Shown here: positions 36,569-46,428 of the stretch, one piece after another
Numbering within the stretch: position 1 is the stretch's first letter
Layout: each line of letters opens with the position of its first letter
Assembly: GCA_017452445.1 (NCBI GenBank)
Contig: JAFTMH010000004.1
Location: 136,385-200,384, forward strand
DNA length: 64,000 bases
Reading direction: 5' to 3'
Source of the DNA: Clostridia bacterium
GTDB taxonomy: Bacteria > Bacillota > Clostridia > Christensenellales > UBA1242
Notes under the pieces: model-generated
What the model saw: the letters and a program-made list of their open reading frames with translations, nothing else
Databases searched by the model: none
What the model was told of the DNA's origin: nothing
Position numbers and translations under genes: made by a program

Positions 36569-36581
36569 ATTTTCAAGATAA

Positions 36582-37445
36582 TCAATATACCAACTGACAA
36601 GTCACAGCCAATGCATTTGGTCCAATGTGAGTTGCAACAGAAAGTGAAAGTGGATCCATAAAAGAAATTTCCAAACCTGGGATTGCTGTCTTGATTTCTT
36701 CTGCAAAAACCTTTGCAATTTCTTCGTTGCGTGTGTGAGCAACAGAAAGTTTCATCTTTCTTTCTGCAAGATGAGTTGCAAAACGAGTTTCAAGATCTTT
36801 TTTGATTGCTTCAATCATTTTTATTTTTGCATCTTTGATGTTTCTAACCTTGGTGAAAGTTTCAAGTTTGCCACCTTGGATTTGCAAAACAGGTTTAATA
36901 CCAAGCACTGTGCCGATTGCCGCAGCAGCAGGAGAAATTCTGCCACCTTGTTTAAGATACTTCAATGTGTCTACCATAATGTAAATTGAAGATTCTGCAG
37001 CAGTTGATTCCAAATATTCTTTGATTTCTTTTGCATCGTTGCCTTCTTTTGCCATGTTGATTGCATCAATAACTGATTGTTTGAGTGTAACTGAAATTCT
37101 TCTGTTGTCAACCACTTGCACTCTGCCTTCAAATTGTTGAGCAAAATTTGCAGCAGTTTCACAGCTGTTGCTAAGCCCACTTGACATTGGGATATGCACG
37201 ACTTCGTCATATTCTTTAAGCAACCCTTCCCACATTTCAACAACATCATTTATGTTTGGTTGTGAAGTTGTGATTTTGGTTGTCTTTTGGATTTCATAAA
37301 ATTTGTCTTGTGTCAAATTGATGTTTTCATAATAAATTTCACCATCAATGATAAATGGCATTGGCACAACAAAACAACCAAGCTCTTCTGCTTGTTCTGG
37401 TGTTATGCCTGCGTTGCTATCTGTTACAACTGCTATTTTTTTCAT
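36582..37445 (-). CDS. degV: DegV family fatty-acid-binding protein
   Basis: 287 aa. MKKIAVVTDSNAGI N-terminus, with DegV-typical TSQP and GGRISPAAA segments. Confidence 0.9.
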   Translation of the reverse strand: MKKIAVVTDSNAGITPEQAEELGCFVVPMPFIIDGEIYYENINLTQDKFYEIQKTTKITTSQPNINDVVEMWEGLLKEYDEVVHIPMSSGLSNSCETAANFAQQFEGRVQVVDNRRISVTLKQSVIDAINMAKEGNDAKEIKEYLESTAAESSIYIMVDTLKYLKQGGRISPAAAAIGTVLGIKPVLQIQGGKLETFTKVRNIKDAKIKMIEAIKKDLETRFATHLAERKMKLSVAHTRNEEIAKVFAEEIKTAIPGLEISFMDPLSLSVATHIGPNALAVTCQLVY

Positions 37446-37499
37446 ATGTTACCTCGCAATTCCAATATTAGCATACAATTCGTTTTTCTGTCAAAGATT

Positions 37500-38159
37500 T
37501 TAAGATTTTTTCATAAATTCAACAATTCCGCTCAAAATGTCGATTATTTTTTTGAGATATTCAGCAAATTTTTTGTTGTTGATATACTTGCTGTTGATTT
37601 CAAGCTGAATTGTCCAAATGTTGCAATCTTCTGCCACATTTCCAGCCACTGTTTTGCTTCCACCAGCAAAAGGATTGTCAACTGAAATGCCAAAGCCAGA
37701 CTCTTTAAATCTGTCTTGCATAATATCAAACAATTTTTCGTCATTTTGGATATTTCTGCCCCAGTTTACGCCAAAGTTGACATCAATCCTTCTCTTTGCT
37801 GCCAAACTGTGAAAATCAATCAAAAATTTGATTCCGTTTTCTTTGATATATCTTTTAAGCGCTTCTTTGTATGGCGAAACCACATCAAAGTTGGCGTCAT
37901 CACCCTTGTTTGATGTTTTTGCAAACAAATGCACACCTGTTTTCTTTTGCACTTGCAAAGCCAAAGCAAGCGAACCAGGTTCGCCATATTTCTTCTTGCC
38001 AAGTCTAAGTTGTTCCACCCCGTGAGGTGCAGACAAAACAACCGAACCTTCGCCCTTAACTACAACAAAATCTTTTTTGCTGTTTTTTCTCAAAAATGCT
38101 TTTCTTTCTCTTTTTACTTTTTTGCAAAGTGTAGCCAACTCTTTGTTGTTTGCACTCAT
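37500..38159 (-). CDS. N-formylglutamate amidohydrolase (FGase) superfamily-like protein
   Basis: 219 aa. VVLSAPHGVEQ and FLIDFHSL resemble the PHxG / DxHS metal-binding motifs of the FGase fold. AAGGAGAG RBS, 12 bp after the fhs stop. Confidence 0.5.
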   Translation of the reverse strand: MSANNKELATLCKKVKRERKAFLRKNSKKDFVVVKGEGSVVLSAPHGVEQLRLGKKKYGEPGSLALALQVQKKTGVHLFAKTSNKGDDANFDVVSPYKEALKRYIKENGIKFLIDFHSLAAKRRIDVNFGVNWGRNIQNDEKLFDIMQDRFKESGFGISVDNPFAGGSKTVAGNVAEDCNIWTIQLEINSKYINNKKFAEYLKKIIDILSGIVEFMKKS

Positions 38160-38171
38160 ATCATTCTCTCC

Positions 38172-39752
38172 TTAAAACAACCCTTCAATATGGCCGCTTC
38201 CATCAACAGTCATATTCAAATAGTTTGATTTTTTGCCAAGTCCTGGCATCAAAAGCATATTTCCAGCAATTGCCACAATCATCTGTGCACCACTTCTAAG
38301 TTCGATATCAGTGATTTCAAACTCAAATCCTTTTGGTGCGCCAAGCAAATCTTTGTCTGCCGAAAAAGAAAACTGTGTCTTTGCAATATTAACAAAAAAT
38401 TTGTCAAATCCAAACTTTTTTGCAAGTTTTATTTTTTCTTCTGCCTTTTCACTGTATACAACCCTTTTTGCTCCATACACTTTGCAGGCAATGTTTTTGA
38501 TTTTATCTTTTATGCTTTCACTCAAATCATAAGCATATTGCATCTGTTTTGGGCAAGCTGAAATTGTTTTGACAATCTTTGCAAGATCAACACAACCATC
38601 TCCACCTTTGGCAAATGCTTCACACACAGCGGTTTCAACATTTTGTCCTTTGCACAAATCAAGCAAAGTCGCAACATCTTCTTCGCTGTCGTCAGCGTGT
38701 TTGTTTATTGCCACAACCACATTGCGATTGTAAACTTCTCTCAAGTTTTCTATATGCTTTGCCACATTTTCAAAACCTTTGACAAGATTTCCATTTCCGT
38801 GTTCTTTTGTCACCTTTACAACAACTACAAGCACTACGGCATCTGGAGTTTTTTCAATCAATCTTGTTTTGATATCCAAAAACTTTTCGCCACCCAAGTC
38901 ACTTCCAAATCCTGCTTCTGTCACACAACAATCAGCATGAGCAAGAGCATAATTTGTCGCCACAACACTGTTGCAACCATGTGCAATGTTTGCAAATGGT
39001 CCAAGATGCACAAGCGCTGGGTTGCCTTCAAGTGTTTGCACAAGGTTTGGTTTTATTGCTTCTTTGAGAAGCAGTGTCATCGCCTCCTCTGCTTTGAAGT
39101 CTTTTGCATAAAGTGGTTTGCCTTTCTTATCCAAACAAACCAAAATGTTTGCCAATCTGTTTTTCAAATCATCAAGATCCTTGCTCATGCAAAGGATTGC
39201 CATAACTTCACTTGCTGCAGTGATGTCAAAGCCTGTATCTATTGTTTCGCTTCCTATCTTGTAAGAAATCCTTCTCAAACTTCTTTCGTTTATATCCAAG
39301 CATCTTTTGAAGAAAATGTTGTTTGTGTCAACTTCAAGTTGATTGCCCTGAAAAATATGATTGTCAACAATTGAAGCAAGCAAATTGTTTGCCTGCGCCA
39401 CAGCATGAAAATCTCCCGTAAAATGCAAGTTGATTTCGTCACTTGGTGCAATGCTTGCTTTGCCACCACCTGTTGCACCACCTTTAATCCCAAACACAGG
39501 GCCCATCGATGGCTCTCTAAGTGCAAGCATAGTTTTGCAACCGATCTTGTTGAGTGCATCTGCAAGGCCGATTGAGATTGTTGTTTTGCCAATGCCTATT
39601 TTGTTTGAAGTCATCGCAGAAACAAGGACAAGTTTGCCTTTCTTGTCCTTATTCTCATTTTCCACCTTTGCCATATAGTCGCCATAAGTTTGAAAGTTTT
39701 TAATCTTCCACTTCTTGGCCACTTTATCAATTTTTTTAAGTTGCATTTTCAC
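38172..39752 (-). CDS. fhs: formate--tetrahydrofolate ligase
   Basis: 526 aa. GIGKTTISIGL P-loop, REPSMGPVFGIKGGATGGG, and VHLGPFANIAHGCNS. The N-terminus is about 30 aa shorter than typical FTHFS. Confidence 0.93.
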   Translation of the reverse strand: MKMQLKKIDKVAKKWKIKNFQTYGDYMAKVENENKDKKGKLVLVSAMTSNKIGIGKTTISIGLADALNKIGCKTMLALREPSMGPVFGIKGGATGGGKASIAPSDEINLHFTGDFHAVAQANNLLASIVDNHIFQGNQLEVDTNNIFFKRCLDINERSLRRISYKIGSETIDTGFDITAASEVMAILCMSKDLDDLKNRLANILVCLDKKGKPLYAKDFKAEEAMTLLLKEAIKPNLVQTLEGNPALVHLGPFANIAHGCNSVVATNYALAHADCCVTEAGFGSDLGGEKFLDIKTRLIEKTPDAVVLVVVVKVTKEHGNGNLVKGFENVAKHIENLREVYNRNVVVAINKHADDSEEDVATLLDLCKGQNVETAVCEAFAKGGDGCVDLAKIVKTISACPKQMQYAYDLSESIKDKIKNIACKVYGAKRVVYSEKAEEKIKLAKKFGFDKFFVNIAKTQFSFSADKDLLGAPKGFEFEITDIELRSGAQMIVAIAGNMLLMPGLGKKSNYLNMTVDGSGHIEGLF

Positions 39753-39796
39753 CTGCCGATATTTTGCATTATAACATCTACCCCAAATTTTGGCAA

Positions 39797-39827
39797 AGAA
39801 AAATCACCCTTTTTAGAGTGATTTTTT
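39797..39827 (-). terminator. terminator after the HD-domain gene
   Basis: Minus strand AAATCAC-(10-nt loop)-GTGATTT followed by T-run. Confidence 0.55.
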
Positions 39828-39830
39828 GTT

Positions 39831-40346
39831 TTATAAATATTTTTTATACTTGTCGGCAATCTTTTGTGCTCGAGTGTAAAACTCTACAAAAATCTTGTCA
39901 TTGTCTACTTCTTTTGAATAGATTTTTGATTGCAAAACAGCATCAAGTCTGTCAATCTCATCAACAAATTGTGCTTCTGGCGATTCGCAAGCTTCATATT
40001 CAACCCAAAGATCCAAAATTTCAGGCATATCGTTTTCTTCTGCCAATCTTGCGATACATTGTTTTTCCAACTCGTATTTTTCCTGTTTTGTGATGTTGTC
40101 ATAAGGCGTAAAATCACCCACATCAATCTCGCCAAGTTCGTGATAAGTAATCATCTTCAAAACCTTTTCTTGATTGAGATTAAGTTTTTCTTTGTTCATA
40201 ATTTCCAATGCAAGTATTGTCATTGAAAAGGTATGTTCAGCATCACTTTCAACTCTGCCAGAAGCCTTGTCGTGAGCATTTCGCATAAGCCAACCTGACC
40301 TTTCCAAATTTTTAAGTTTGTAAATTTCTTCGTATAATTTTGTCAT
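39831..40346 (-). CDS. HD-domain hydrolase (YfbR-like 5'-deoxynucleotidase family)
   Basis: 171 aa. RSGW..., ESDAEHTFSM and YHELGEIDVGD motifs of HD_3 / YfbR-type proteins. Confidence 0.8.
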   Translation of the reverse strand: MTKLYEEIYKLKNLERSGWLMRNAHDKASGRVESDAEHTFSMTILALEIMNKEKLNLNQEKVLKMITYHELGEIDVGDFTPYDNITKQEKYELEKQCIARLAEENDMPEILDLWVEYEACESPEAQFVDEIDRLDAVLQSKIYSKEVDNDKIFVEFYTRAQKIADKYKKYL

Positions 40347-40465
40347 TAAAAGCCTCGTTAATGATTATAATACCACCCACATTCAAAAAAAGCAAAACAA
40401 ACACACAATTTTTCAAAAACTAAATTGCTTTTTTGATTGTTTTGTGCTAAACTTTAAAAACGCGT

Positions 40466-40555
40466 GCAGAGATGTCCGAGTGGTTTAAGGTGCAGCCCTG
40501 GAAAGGCTGTGTGCAAGAAATTGCACCAAGAGTTCAAATCTCTTTCTCTGCGCCA
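40466..40555 (+). tRNA. tRNA-Ser (anticodon GGA)
   Basis: Acceptor GCAGAGA/TCTCTGC. D arm TCCGAGTGGTTTAAGG. Anticodon stem CAGCC/GGCTG with loop CTGGAAA. Long variable arm. T arm AAGAG-TTCAAAT-CTCTT. Encoded CCA. Confidence 0.92.
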
Positions 40556-40581
40556 ATTTCATTTTGAAAGGAGGATAAAAA

Positions 40582-41328
40582 ATGAAAGACAAACAAAACA
40601 TCTACGACAACGCAAATTTCTTTGCAGAATACTCTGCAATGCGAAGTCAACAAGTCAACGCAAACGAGTTGCTTGAAATCCCAACAATCAAGAGATTGCT
40701 TCCTGATTTAAAAGGCAAAACAATCCTTGATCTTGGTTGTGGCGCAGGAGGCATGACAAGATACTTTGCCGAATGTGGTGCCAAAGAAGTGGTGGGCATC
40801 GACATTTCGGAAAATATGATCGAATGTGCCCGCAAAGAAACTGCAGACAAAAACATAACTTACAAAGTTATGGCAATGGAAGACATAACATCACTCAACA
40901 GACAGTTTGACCTTGTTTTCAGTTCGCTCGCATTTCACTATGTTGCAGATTTCAACAAACTTTGCCAAGACATTGCAACATTGCTTGCCCCTGGTGGAAT
41001 GTTGCTCTTCTCGCAAGAACACCCAAACACCACAGCACCAATCCGTAGCGAAAATGTTCAAAAACATTACGAATTTGACGGCAAAACATACTGGGTAATT
41101 TCTGACTACAACAATGTCGGTCCAAGAACTATACTTTGGAACAACGAATATGTTTTGAAATTCCATCGCAACTTTGAAACAATCATCAACAGCCTTATCA
41201 ACAACAAGTTTGAACTTTTGCAAATTGAAGAATCAAAAGCAGACGAACGAGCAGTCACACTTCAACCAAAATATGCAAACCAAATCCATAGACCTTACTT
41301 CTTGTTTGTTAAGGCAAGAAAGAAATAG
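40582..41328 (+). CDS. class I SAM-dependent methyltransferase
   Basis: 248 aa with an AAGGAGG RBS. Motif I ILDLGCGAGGMTRYF. Methyltransf_11-like layout. Confidence 0.85.
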   Translation: MKDKQNIYDNANFFAEYSAMRSQQVNANELLEIPTIKRLLPDLKGKTILDLGCGAGGMTRYFAECGAKEVVGIDISENMIECARKETADKNITYKVMAMEDITSLNRQFDLVFSSLAFHYVADFNKLCQDIATLLAPGGMLLFSQEHPNTTAPIRSENVQKHYEFDGKTYWVISDYNNVGPRTILWNNEYVLKFHRNFETIINSLINNKFELLQIEESKADERAVTLQPKYANQIHRPYFLFVKARKK

Positions 41329-41360
41329 TTTCAAGTCGATTTCAACAAATCAAAAACAAA

Positions 41361-41389
41361 AAAACACATCGTTTTGATGTGTTTTTTTT
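41361..41389. terminator. bidirectional terminator between the methyltransferase gene and mnmA
   Basis: A-run, stem ACACATC (41364-41370) / GATGTGT (41376-41382), T8. Confidence 0.8.
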
Positions 41390-41390
41390 G

Positions 41391-42461
41391 TTAAAACTTT
41401 TTATCAATTATGCCACCACCATAGCAAGTGCCATCTTCTGCATACAAAACAACAAATTGACCTTCTGTGATCGCCCTTTGTTTTTCTGCAAAATCAACCT
41501 TGATATGTGTGTCATCAAGCACAGTGACATGCACCTTTTGATCTGGTTGTCTGTATCTAAACTTTGCATAACAATCAAACTCTTTTTCTGCTGGCACTTC
41601 TGGGATCCAGTTGAAAGTGTCGGCATAAAGTCCGTTTGAGAAAAGTTCTTCACATTCGCCTTGACTTACATACAAAATGTTGTTTTGCAAATCCTTTTTC
41701 AAAACAAACCATCTTCCACCATTGCCGTCTTGCTTGCCACCAATGTTGAGCCCTCTTCTTTGGCCGATTGTGTAATACATAAGTCCTTCATGTTTGCCAA
41801 CAACTGTGCCATCAAGCGTACAAATATTGCCTGCCTTTGCTGGAAGATATTGCTTCAAAAACTTTCTAAAATTTCTTTCCCCAATAAAGCAAATTCCTGT
41901 CGAATCTTTCTTTTCTGCAGTGCTAAGCCCCAATTCTTTGGCGATTTCTCTTACTTTTGTTTTTGGAATGTCTGCCAATGGAAACAAAACTGAAGAAAGT
42001 TGGTCTTGGTTGAGTTGGTTCAAAAAGTAAGACTGATCTTTTGTCAAATCATCTGCTTTTGCCAAATAAGTTTTTCCGTCTTTCTTATAAGTCTTTGCAT
42101 AGTGTCCTGTTGCAATCATGTCAGCGCCAAGTTGACGAGCCTTTTGCAAAAATGGTCCAAATTTGATTTCTCTGTTGCACAAAACATCAGGGTTTGGAGT
42201 TCTGCCTGCTTTGTATTCGTCAAGGAAATATTGAAAAACTCTGTCATAATATTCTTTTGCGTAGTTTACAGAAAAATAAGGTATGCCAATTTTTGTGCAA
42301 ACTCTCTTTACATCTTCATAATCTTCTTCGGCAGTGCATTGTCCGTCAGACTCCTCCCAGTTGATCATAAAAAGCCCCACAACATCATGTCCTTGTTGTT
42401 TGAGCAAATATGCAGCAACGCTGGAATCTACACCCCCAGAAATCCCTACAACAACTCTCAT
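41391..42461 (-). CDS. mnmA: tRNA 2-thiouridine(34) synthase MnmA
   Basis: 356 aa. PP-loop [10 protein letters not shown], with the ATGHYA and CFIGE catalytic Cys region. Confidence 0.95.
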   Translation of the reverse strand: MRVVVGISGGVDSSVAAYLLKQQGHDVVGLFMINWEESDGQCTAEEDYEDVKRVCTKIGIPYFSVNYAKEYYDRVFQYFLDEYKAGRTPNPDVLCNREIKFGPFLQKARQLGADMIATGHYAKTYKKDGKTYLAKADDLTKDQSYFLNQLNQDQLSSVLFPLADIPKTKVREIAKELGLSTAEKKDSTGICFIGERNFRKFLKQYLPAKAGNICTLDGTVVGKHEGLMYYTIGQRRGLNIGGKQDGNGGRWFVLKKDLQNNILYVSQGECEELFSNGLYADTFNWIPEVPAEKEFDCYAKFRYRQPDQKVHVTVLDDTHIKVDFAEKQRAITEGQFVVLYAEDGTCYGGGIIDKKF

Positions 42462-43213
42462 TCTTCTTCCTTTTTTTCCTCTTCTTTTGCGACAACTTCT
42501 TCTTTCGTGTCATCAGAAACAATTTCTTCGCTTTTAGCTTCGACAACAGCGTCTTCTTTTGCTTCAACTGTTGTTTCTGTCTTCGTTTCTTCGTTTTCAA
42601 CTTCGGTTGATTGTTTCTTTTTGGTTTTCTTTGATTTTTTCTTTAATTTTTCATCTGTTGCTTCAACGACAACTTCTGTTGTTTGTCCGTCATTTTTTGC
42701 AACTTCATTTCTGTCATATTCCACTTTTTTGTCAAGCACTTCTTGCTCTGGAATTTCAACAATCACCGGCACTTTATATTTTTTGAACGCCACATAAACC
42801 AAACTTACCATCCAAGCGATTCCGGCAATACCAATCGGCAAATAGAGCAAATATGTTTCGCTTTTTTGAGACCATTCAGCATTGAAAACAACAGCAAAAA
42901 TCAAGTAGACAAATGATGTACTCATCAATCCACCTTTGATGTATTTGCCAGTGTAATAATAATGCCCACCAAAAATGCCTGTAAAAAATGTCATAAGAAG
43001 CACCTTCCACCAAGTCAAATCGTTTGGATATTGATTTGTGTAAATGATGAAATCTGTGTCAAATTTTCTCAATTTCTTCTTTGCAGCTTTGTTTGAAGTG
43101 TATTGAAGACGAGAAAAAACAAGTCCACATTCTTCGCACTCTTTTTGCGCCATAAGGCACTTATTTCCGCATCTAGGACACTTTTTGTGTGTCTTTGGTT
43201 TTCTAATTTTCAT
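42458..43213 (-). CDS. zinc-ribbon + TM2-domain membrane protein with acidic/lysine-rich tail
   Basis: 251 aa. CPRCGNKC...CEECG zinc ribbon. TM2-like [19 protein letters not shown]. Low-complexity K/E/T tail. ATGA overlap with the mnmA start. Confidence 0.75.
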   Translation of the reverse strand: MKIRKPKTHKKCPRCGNKCLMAQKECEECGLVFSRLQYTSNKAAKKKLRKFDTDFIIYTNQYPNDLTWWKVLLMTFFTGIFGGHYYYTGKYIKGGLMSTSFVYLIFAVVFNAEWSQKSETYLLYLPIGIAGIAWMVSLVYVAFKKYKVPVIVEIPEQEVLDKKVEYDRNEVAKNDGQTTEVVVEATDEKLKKKSKKTKKKQSTEVENEETKTETTVEAKEDAVVEAKSEEIVSDDTKEEVVAKEEEKKEEE

Positions 43214-43227
43214 ATTGTCTATTGTAA

Positions 43228-43257
43228 AATAAAAAGTCGCTTTCTGTCAAGCGACTT
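43228..43257 (-). terminator. terminator of the cyclase gene
   Basis: Minus strand AAGTCGC-TTGACAGAAA-GCGACTT followed by a T-run. The hairpin spans the stop codon. Confidence 0.6.
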
Positions 43258-44656
43258 CTTTCAACTTTTCATTTGCCTGATTGAAATAAACAAACGAAGG
43301 TTTGTCTTGTGGCAAACAATGCAAAACATATTCAAAATTTTCTTTTGCTTCGGCATACTTTTGACAGTTGTAAGCCCTGACTCCTGCTTCAAACTTTTGC
43401 TTAATCTTTTTCAGTTTGTCTTTTTTTGATTTTGCATAACAATCCAAACTCTCAAACAAAGCAAGTTTCTTGTTTTCTGTTGTCAAATCGCCTATATAAC
43501 GGTGATTGAAGTCATATTTTTGAGGCAGTTGGTTGAGCAGATTTTGCGAAACTGTCAATTTTGTGCCCAAATAAACATTTGTCTCTTGCATTTCTTTCAA
43601 AACAGAAACATCATCAGAAACAATGGTTGGCATGTGTTTGTCATCTTCACCAACAAGCCCAAAATCAACCTTTTGCCAATTTATCACCACTCTGGCATCA
43701 AGTGGAAGCAGATTTTTTTGATTTTTGTTTTTTACTTCAACTGCTCTCAAAATGGCATGCGCACACTCTATTGCCTGCTCTGACTTTGCAAACACTGCCA
43801 AAATCGAATCTCCCATTTGCTTGTCAACAAACCCGTCATATCTTTTAATCAAAGGCAAAACCACCTTCAAATATGAGTTGATATAGGCAAAATTTTCTTC
43901 CAAACTCAACACTTGCGAAGAGTTTATCTTCAAATCGCAAAACATTGTTGCCACTTTTTTTGAAACTTTGTTGCCACATTCCAACTCTGCAATGCTGTTT
44001 TGATCAAACACTTTCAAAAATTGTTTAGAAAACCCTTTTTGCGATTGTAAGTTGGCTTTTCGTATCATTTTTTCTTTGTCTTTGATGTTGTAATTGATTT
44101 TGTTGAGCGAATTTTCAATATCTCTAAACTGTTTTCCTCCACCCAACTTAAAATCTTCACTTCTCGTTCTGCCATCGCCAAGTTTTTTTGTTATTTTTGC
44201 AATCCTGCCCAATGGTCTGCAACTCACTCTTATCACAAAAAACAACATCGTCAAATAAATCAATGTTGCAAGTGCAATCCACAAATAAACCTTGCTTAAG
44301 TTTTGTTGTTGCGAAATTTTGAGCGTTTGCCTAAGCGCTTGTGCTGTTTCGCCTTCCAAATTTTGCACCGAAACAACTCCACAAACAAAAAGCCCATAAA
44401 CCAGTGTCAATGGCAACACTGAAAAAAATATCGCATTTGCCAACCGTTGACTTTTGACAAACTTGAAAAACAACACTGCCGACAAAACAAACAAAACAAT
44501 TTGACATGCCAAACCCACCCAACCCAAAACAGTTGGGGCAAAAATAAAACCATTTCTACTTGGCGAAATTGTCGCAAAAACATATCTGCTCAAAAAGATG
44601 CTTGGCACAAGCAAAACAAGCTCCAGCACCAACAAAATTTTAGTCAAAGTTTTCAT
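43247..44656 (-). CDS. membrane-bound class III adenylate/guanylate cyclase-domain protein (multi-TM + HAMP + cyclase + TPR-like tail)
   Basis: Trimmed to ATG 44656; no clear RBS, so the start is uncertain. Five to six TM helices, a HAMP-like RPLGRIAKITKKLGDG, cyclase core VATMFCDL...DKQMGDSILAVF...FGLVGED, and a C-terminal helical repeat. Confidence 0.75.
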   Translation of the reverse strand: MKTLTKILLVLELVLLVPSIFLSRYVFATISPSRNGFIFAPTVLGWVGLACQIVLFVLSAVLFFKFVKSQRLANAIFFSVLPLTLVYGLFVCGVVSVQNLEGETAQALRQTLKISQQQNLSKVYLWIALATLIYLTMLFFVIRVSCRPLGRIAKITKKLGDGRTRSEDFKLGGGKQFRDIENSLNKINYNIKDKEKMIRKANLQSQKGFSKQFLKVFDQNSIAELECGNKVSKKVATMFCDLKINSSQVLSLEENFAYINSYLKVVLPLIKRYDGFVDKQMGDSILAVFAKSEQAIECAHAILRAVEVKNKNQKNLLPLDARVVINWQKVDFGLVGEDDKHMPTIVSDDVSVLKEMQETNVYLGTKLTVSQNLLNQLPQKYDFNHRYIGDLTTENKKLALFESLDCYAKSKKDKLKKIKQKFEAGVRAYNCQKYAEAKENFEYVLHCLPQDKPSFVYFNQANEKLKEVA

Positions 44657-44759
44657 ACAAATAGCATGGGACAAAAACAAATTTGTATGCACATTTTGCA
44701 AAACAAAATCTTGTAATAAATTTTGCCAACTTGCGCAATCTAAAAGCAAGGAGAAAAAA

Positions 44760-45206
44760 ATGGAACCACAAACACAAATCACACTTTATTTGAATGCAAT
44801 TTACCAAAACACAAGGACTGCCGTGCAATCAATCGAAGACATCATCACAAAGGTTGAAAACAAGGATTTGATTTGCGAACTTGCCAAAGAACAGGACGAA
44901 TATTCTTGTCTTGCAACAGAGTGCGAAAACTTTGCTCGTTCTCAACAGATCGAAGGCCTCAAAGACAACAATTGGATTGAGAAAGCAAAACTCTGGACAA
45001 GCATAAATCTAGGCACAATGATGGACAAAAGCACACGCAACATTGCCGAGATGATGTTGCTTGGCACTTTCATGGGTGTTGTCACTTGCATTAAGGATCG
45101 CCACGACCACAAAAATGTGTCAAAAGACCTTGATGAAATACTTGAAAAATTGCTTAATTTTGAAAGAGATAATATCGACAAATTGTTGCCATATTTAGAA
45201 AAATAA
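44760..45206 (+). CDS. hypothetical helical protein
   Basis: Trimmed to ATG 44760, preceded by an AAGGAGA RBS. 148 aa, predicted all-alpha. Divergent from the cyclase gene. Confidence 0.7.
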   Translation: MEPQTQITLYLNAIYQNTRTAVQSIEDIITKVENKDLICELAKEQDEYSCLATECENFARSQQIEGLKDNNWIEKAKLWTSINLGTMMDKSTRNIAEMMLLGTFMGVVTCIKDRHDHKNVSKDLDEILEKLLNFERDNIDKLLPYLEK

Positions 45207-45236
45207 AAAAACAATTAAAAAATACCAGATAAATAT

Positions 45237-45285
45237 AAAAAAATACAATAAAAATGATTTTTTCCATTTTTATTGTATTTTTTAT
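45237..45285. terminator. long perfect hairpin / bidirectional terminator
   Basis: AAAATACAATAAAAATG (45240-45256) pairs with CATTTTTATTGTATTTT (45265-45281); flanked by A- and T-runs. Confidence 0.7.
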
Positions 45286-45371
45286 TTTAACAACACAAAA
45301 CAGCCACAACCCCCTATTTTAGGGCAATATAAAATATTAAATATTCAAAAAAATGTATTTTTAATTATTTT

Positions 45372-46196
45372 TTATTGTTGTTTTATTATTTCTTCTATTT
45401 TTGTTTCAGGTGAAAAATATTTCAACATATTTATTATCATTTTTTCTGGAATATTAAATATTTTTCCATTCTCTAAAAACAGCACAAAAACATAGGTTTT
45501 TCTTGTTTGCATTTTTTTAAGCAATTCTGCAAGTTTGACCTCTTTGTCAATCACACAAAAATCAAGTTTTTCAAATCGTTTTTGCCCTTTGCACAAGATG
45601 TTTATCCTGTGATATTGACTCTCTTGTTTCAAATCAAGAACACCACCCAAAAGGAAGACAAAAACAGCAAGCAAACTTGGATTAAACGACAAAAATATGC
45701 TTGCGACAAACAATGTAAAAAATAAAATTGAAAGCATAATATTGACAAAAATGGTAAGTTTTTTTGCCAACTTTTCGCTTGCAAATTTTTGCGACAAATT
45801 GCAAAATATTCTCGCTCCATCAAGTGGATATGCGGGCAACAAATTAAACAAACACAGCACCAAACTCCCCTCAACAAAACTCTGCGAAACAAAATAAAAT
45901 TCTGGAAAAATCCACCATACTCCAACTACCAAAAGTGCTGTCACAAAGTTGACTGCAGGCCCGGCAAAAGCAATCAAAAGTTCGTCATTTTGCACAAACC
46001 TTTCTCCACGACAATTCAACTCTACCCCATATGGCGAAAGTGCAAACTTGCCGACATCGTAACCCAACTTTTTTGCCACTAAAAAGTGCCCCATTTCGTG
46101 CAACAAAACGGCCAAAATCAGATTGAATGCTCTCAAAAAACCAAAACTAATCCAAACCCACACCCAAATCAAAAAACCAACTGGATTTATTGTCAT
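45372..46196 (-). CDS. M50 family site-2 metalloprotease, SpoIVFB-like
   Basis: Trimmed to ATG 46196. 274 aa. HEMGH in a TM helix, NLLPAYPLDGARI second zinc-ligand motif, and a CBS-like C-terminal module. Confidence 0.8.
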   Translation of the reverse strand: MTINPVGFLIWVWVWISFGFLRAFNLILAVLLHEMGHFLVAKKLGYDVGKFALSPYGVELNCRGERFVQNDELLIAFAGPAVNFVTALLVVGVWWIFPEFYFVSQSFVEGSLVLCLFNLLPAYPLDGARIFCNLSQKFASEKLAKKLTIFVNIMLSILFFTLFVASIFLSFNPSLLAVFVFLLGGVLDLKQESQYHRINILCKGQKRFEKLDFCVIDKEVKLAELLKKMQTRKTYVFVLFLENGKIFNIPEKMIINMLKYFSPETKIEEIIKQQ

Positions 46197-46400
46197 TTTT
46201 TTTGTCACATCACTTCTCCCAAAATGCAAATTGTCACAACAACAACCACGCACAAAGCGAAAACTGCAATCAAAAAAGCAGGTTTTATTTTGTGTCTGCG
46301 TTCGATTTGACAAAAGTTGATGCCATACGACTTCAAAATGCTCTTATCTGTCTGTTTGTCCATAAAGTATGTTATGAGTTGTGCAAGTAATTTAGACAAC

Positions 46401-46426
46401 AAAAAAAGAAGCTTAACGCTTCTTTT
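46401..46426 (-). terminator. terminator after the 46429 gene
   Basis: Stem AGAAGC (46407-46412) / GCTTCT (46418-46423), with a T-run on the minus strand. Confidence 0.7.
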
Positions 46427-46428
46427 CT

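Noticed and set aside
38643-39374. 243-aa plus-strand ORF inside fhs
   Set aside because: It is antisense to a highly conserved enzyme gene, with shadow-ORF composition and no start context.
42000-42797. 265-aa plus-strand ORF with Ser/Phe-rich low-complexity tail
   Set aside because: It is antisense to mnmA and to the K/E-rich tail of the TM2 protein (GAA/AAA repeats read as TTC/TTT). It has no RBS and no motifs.
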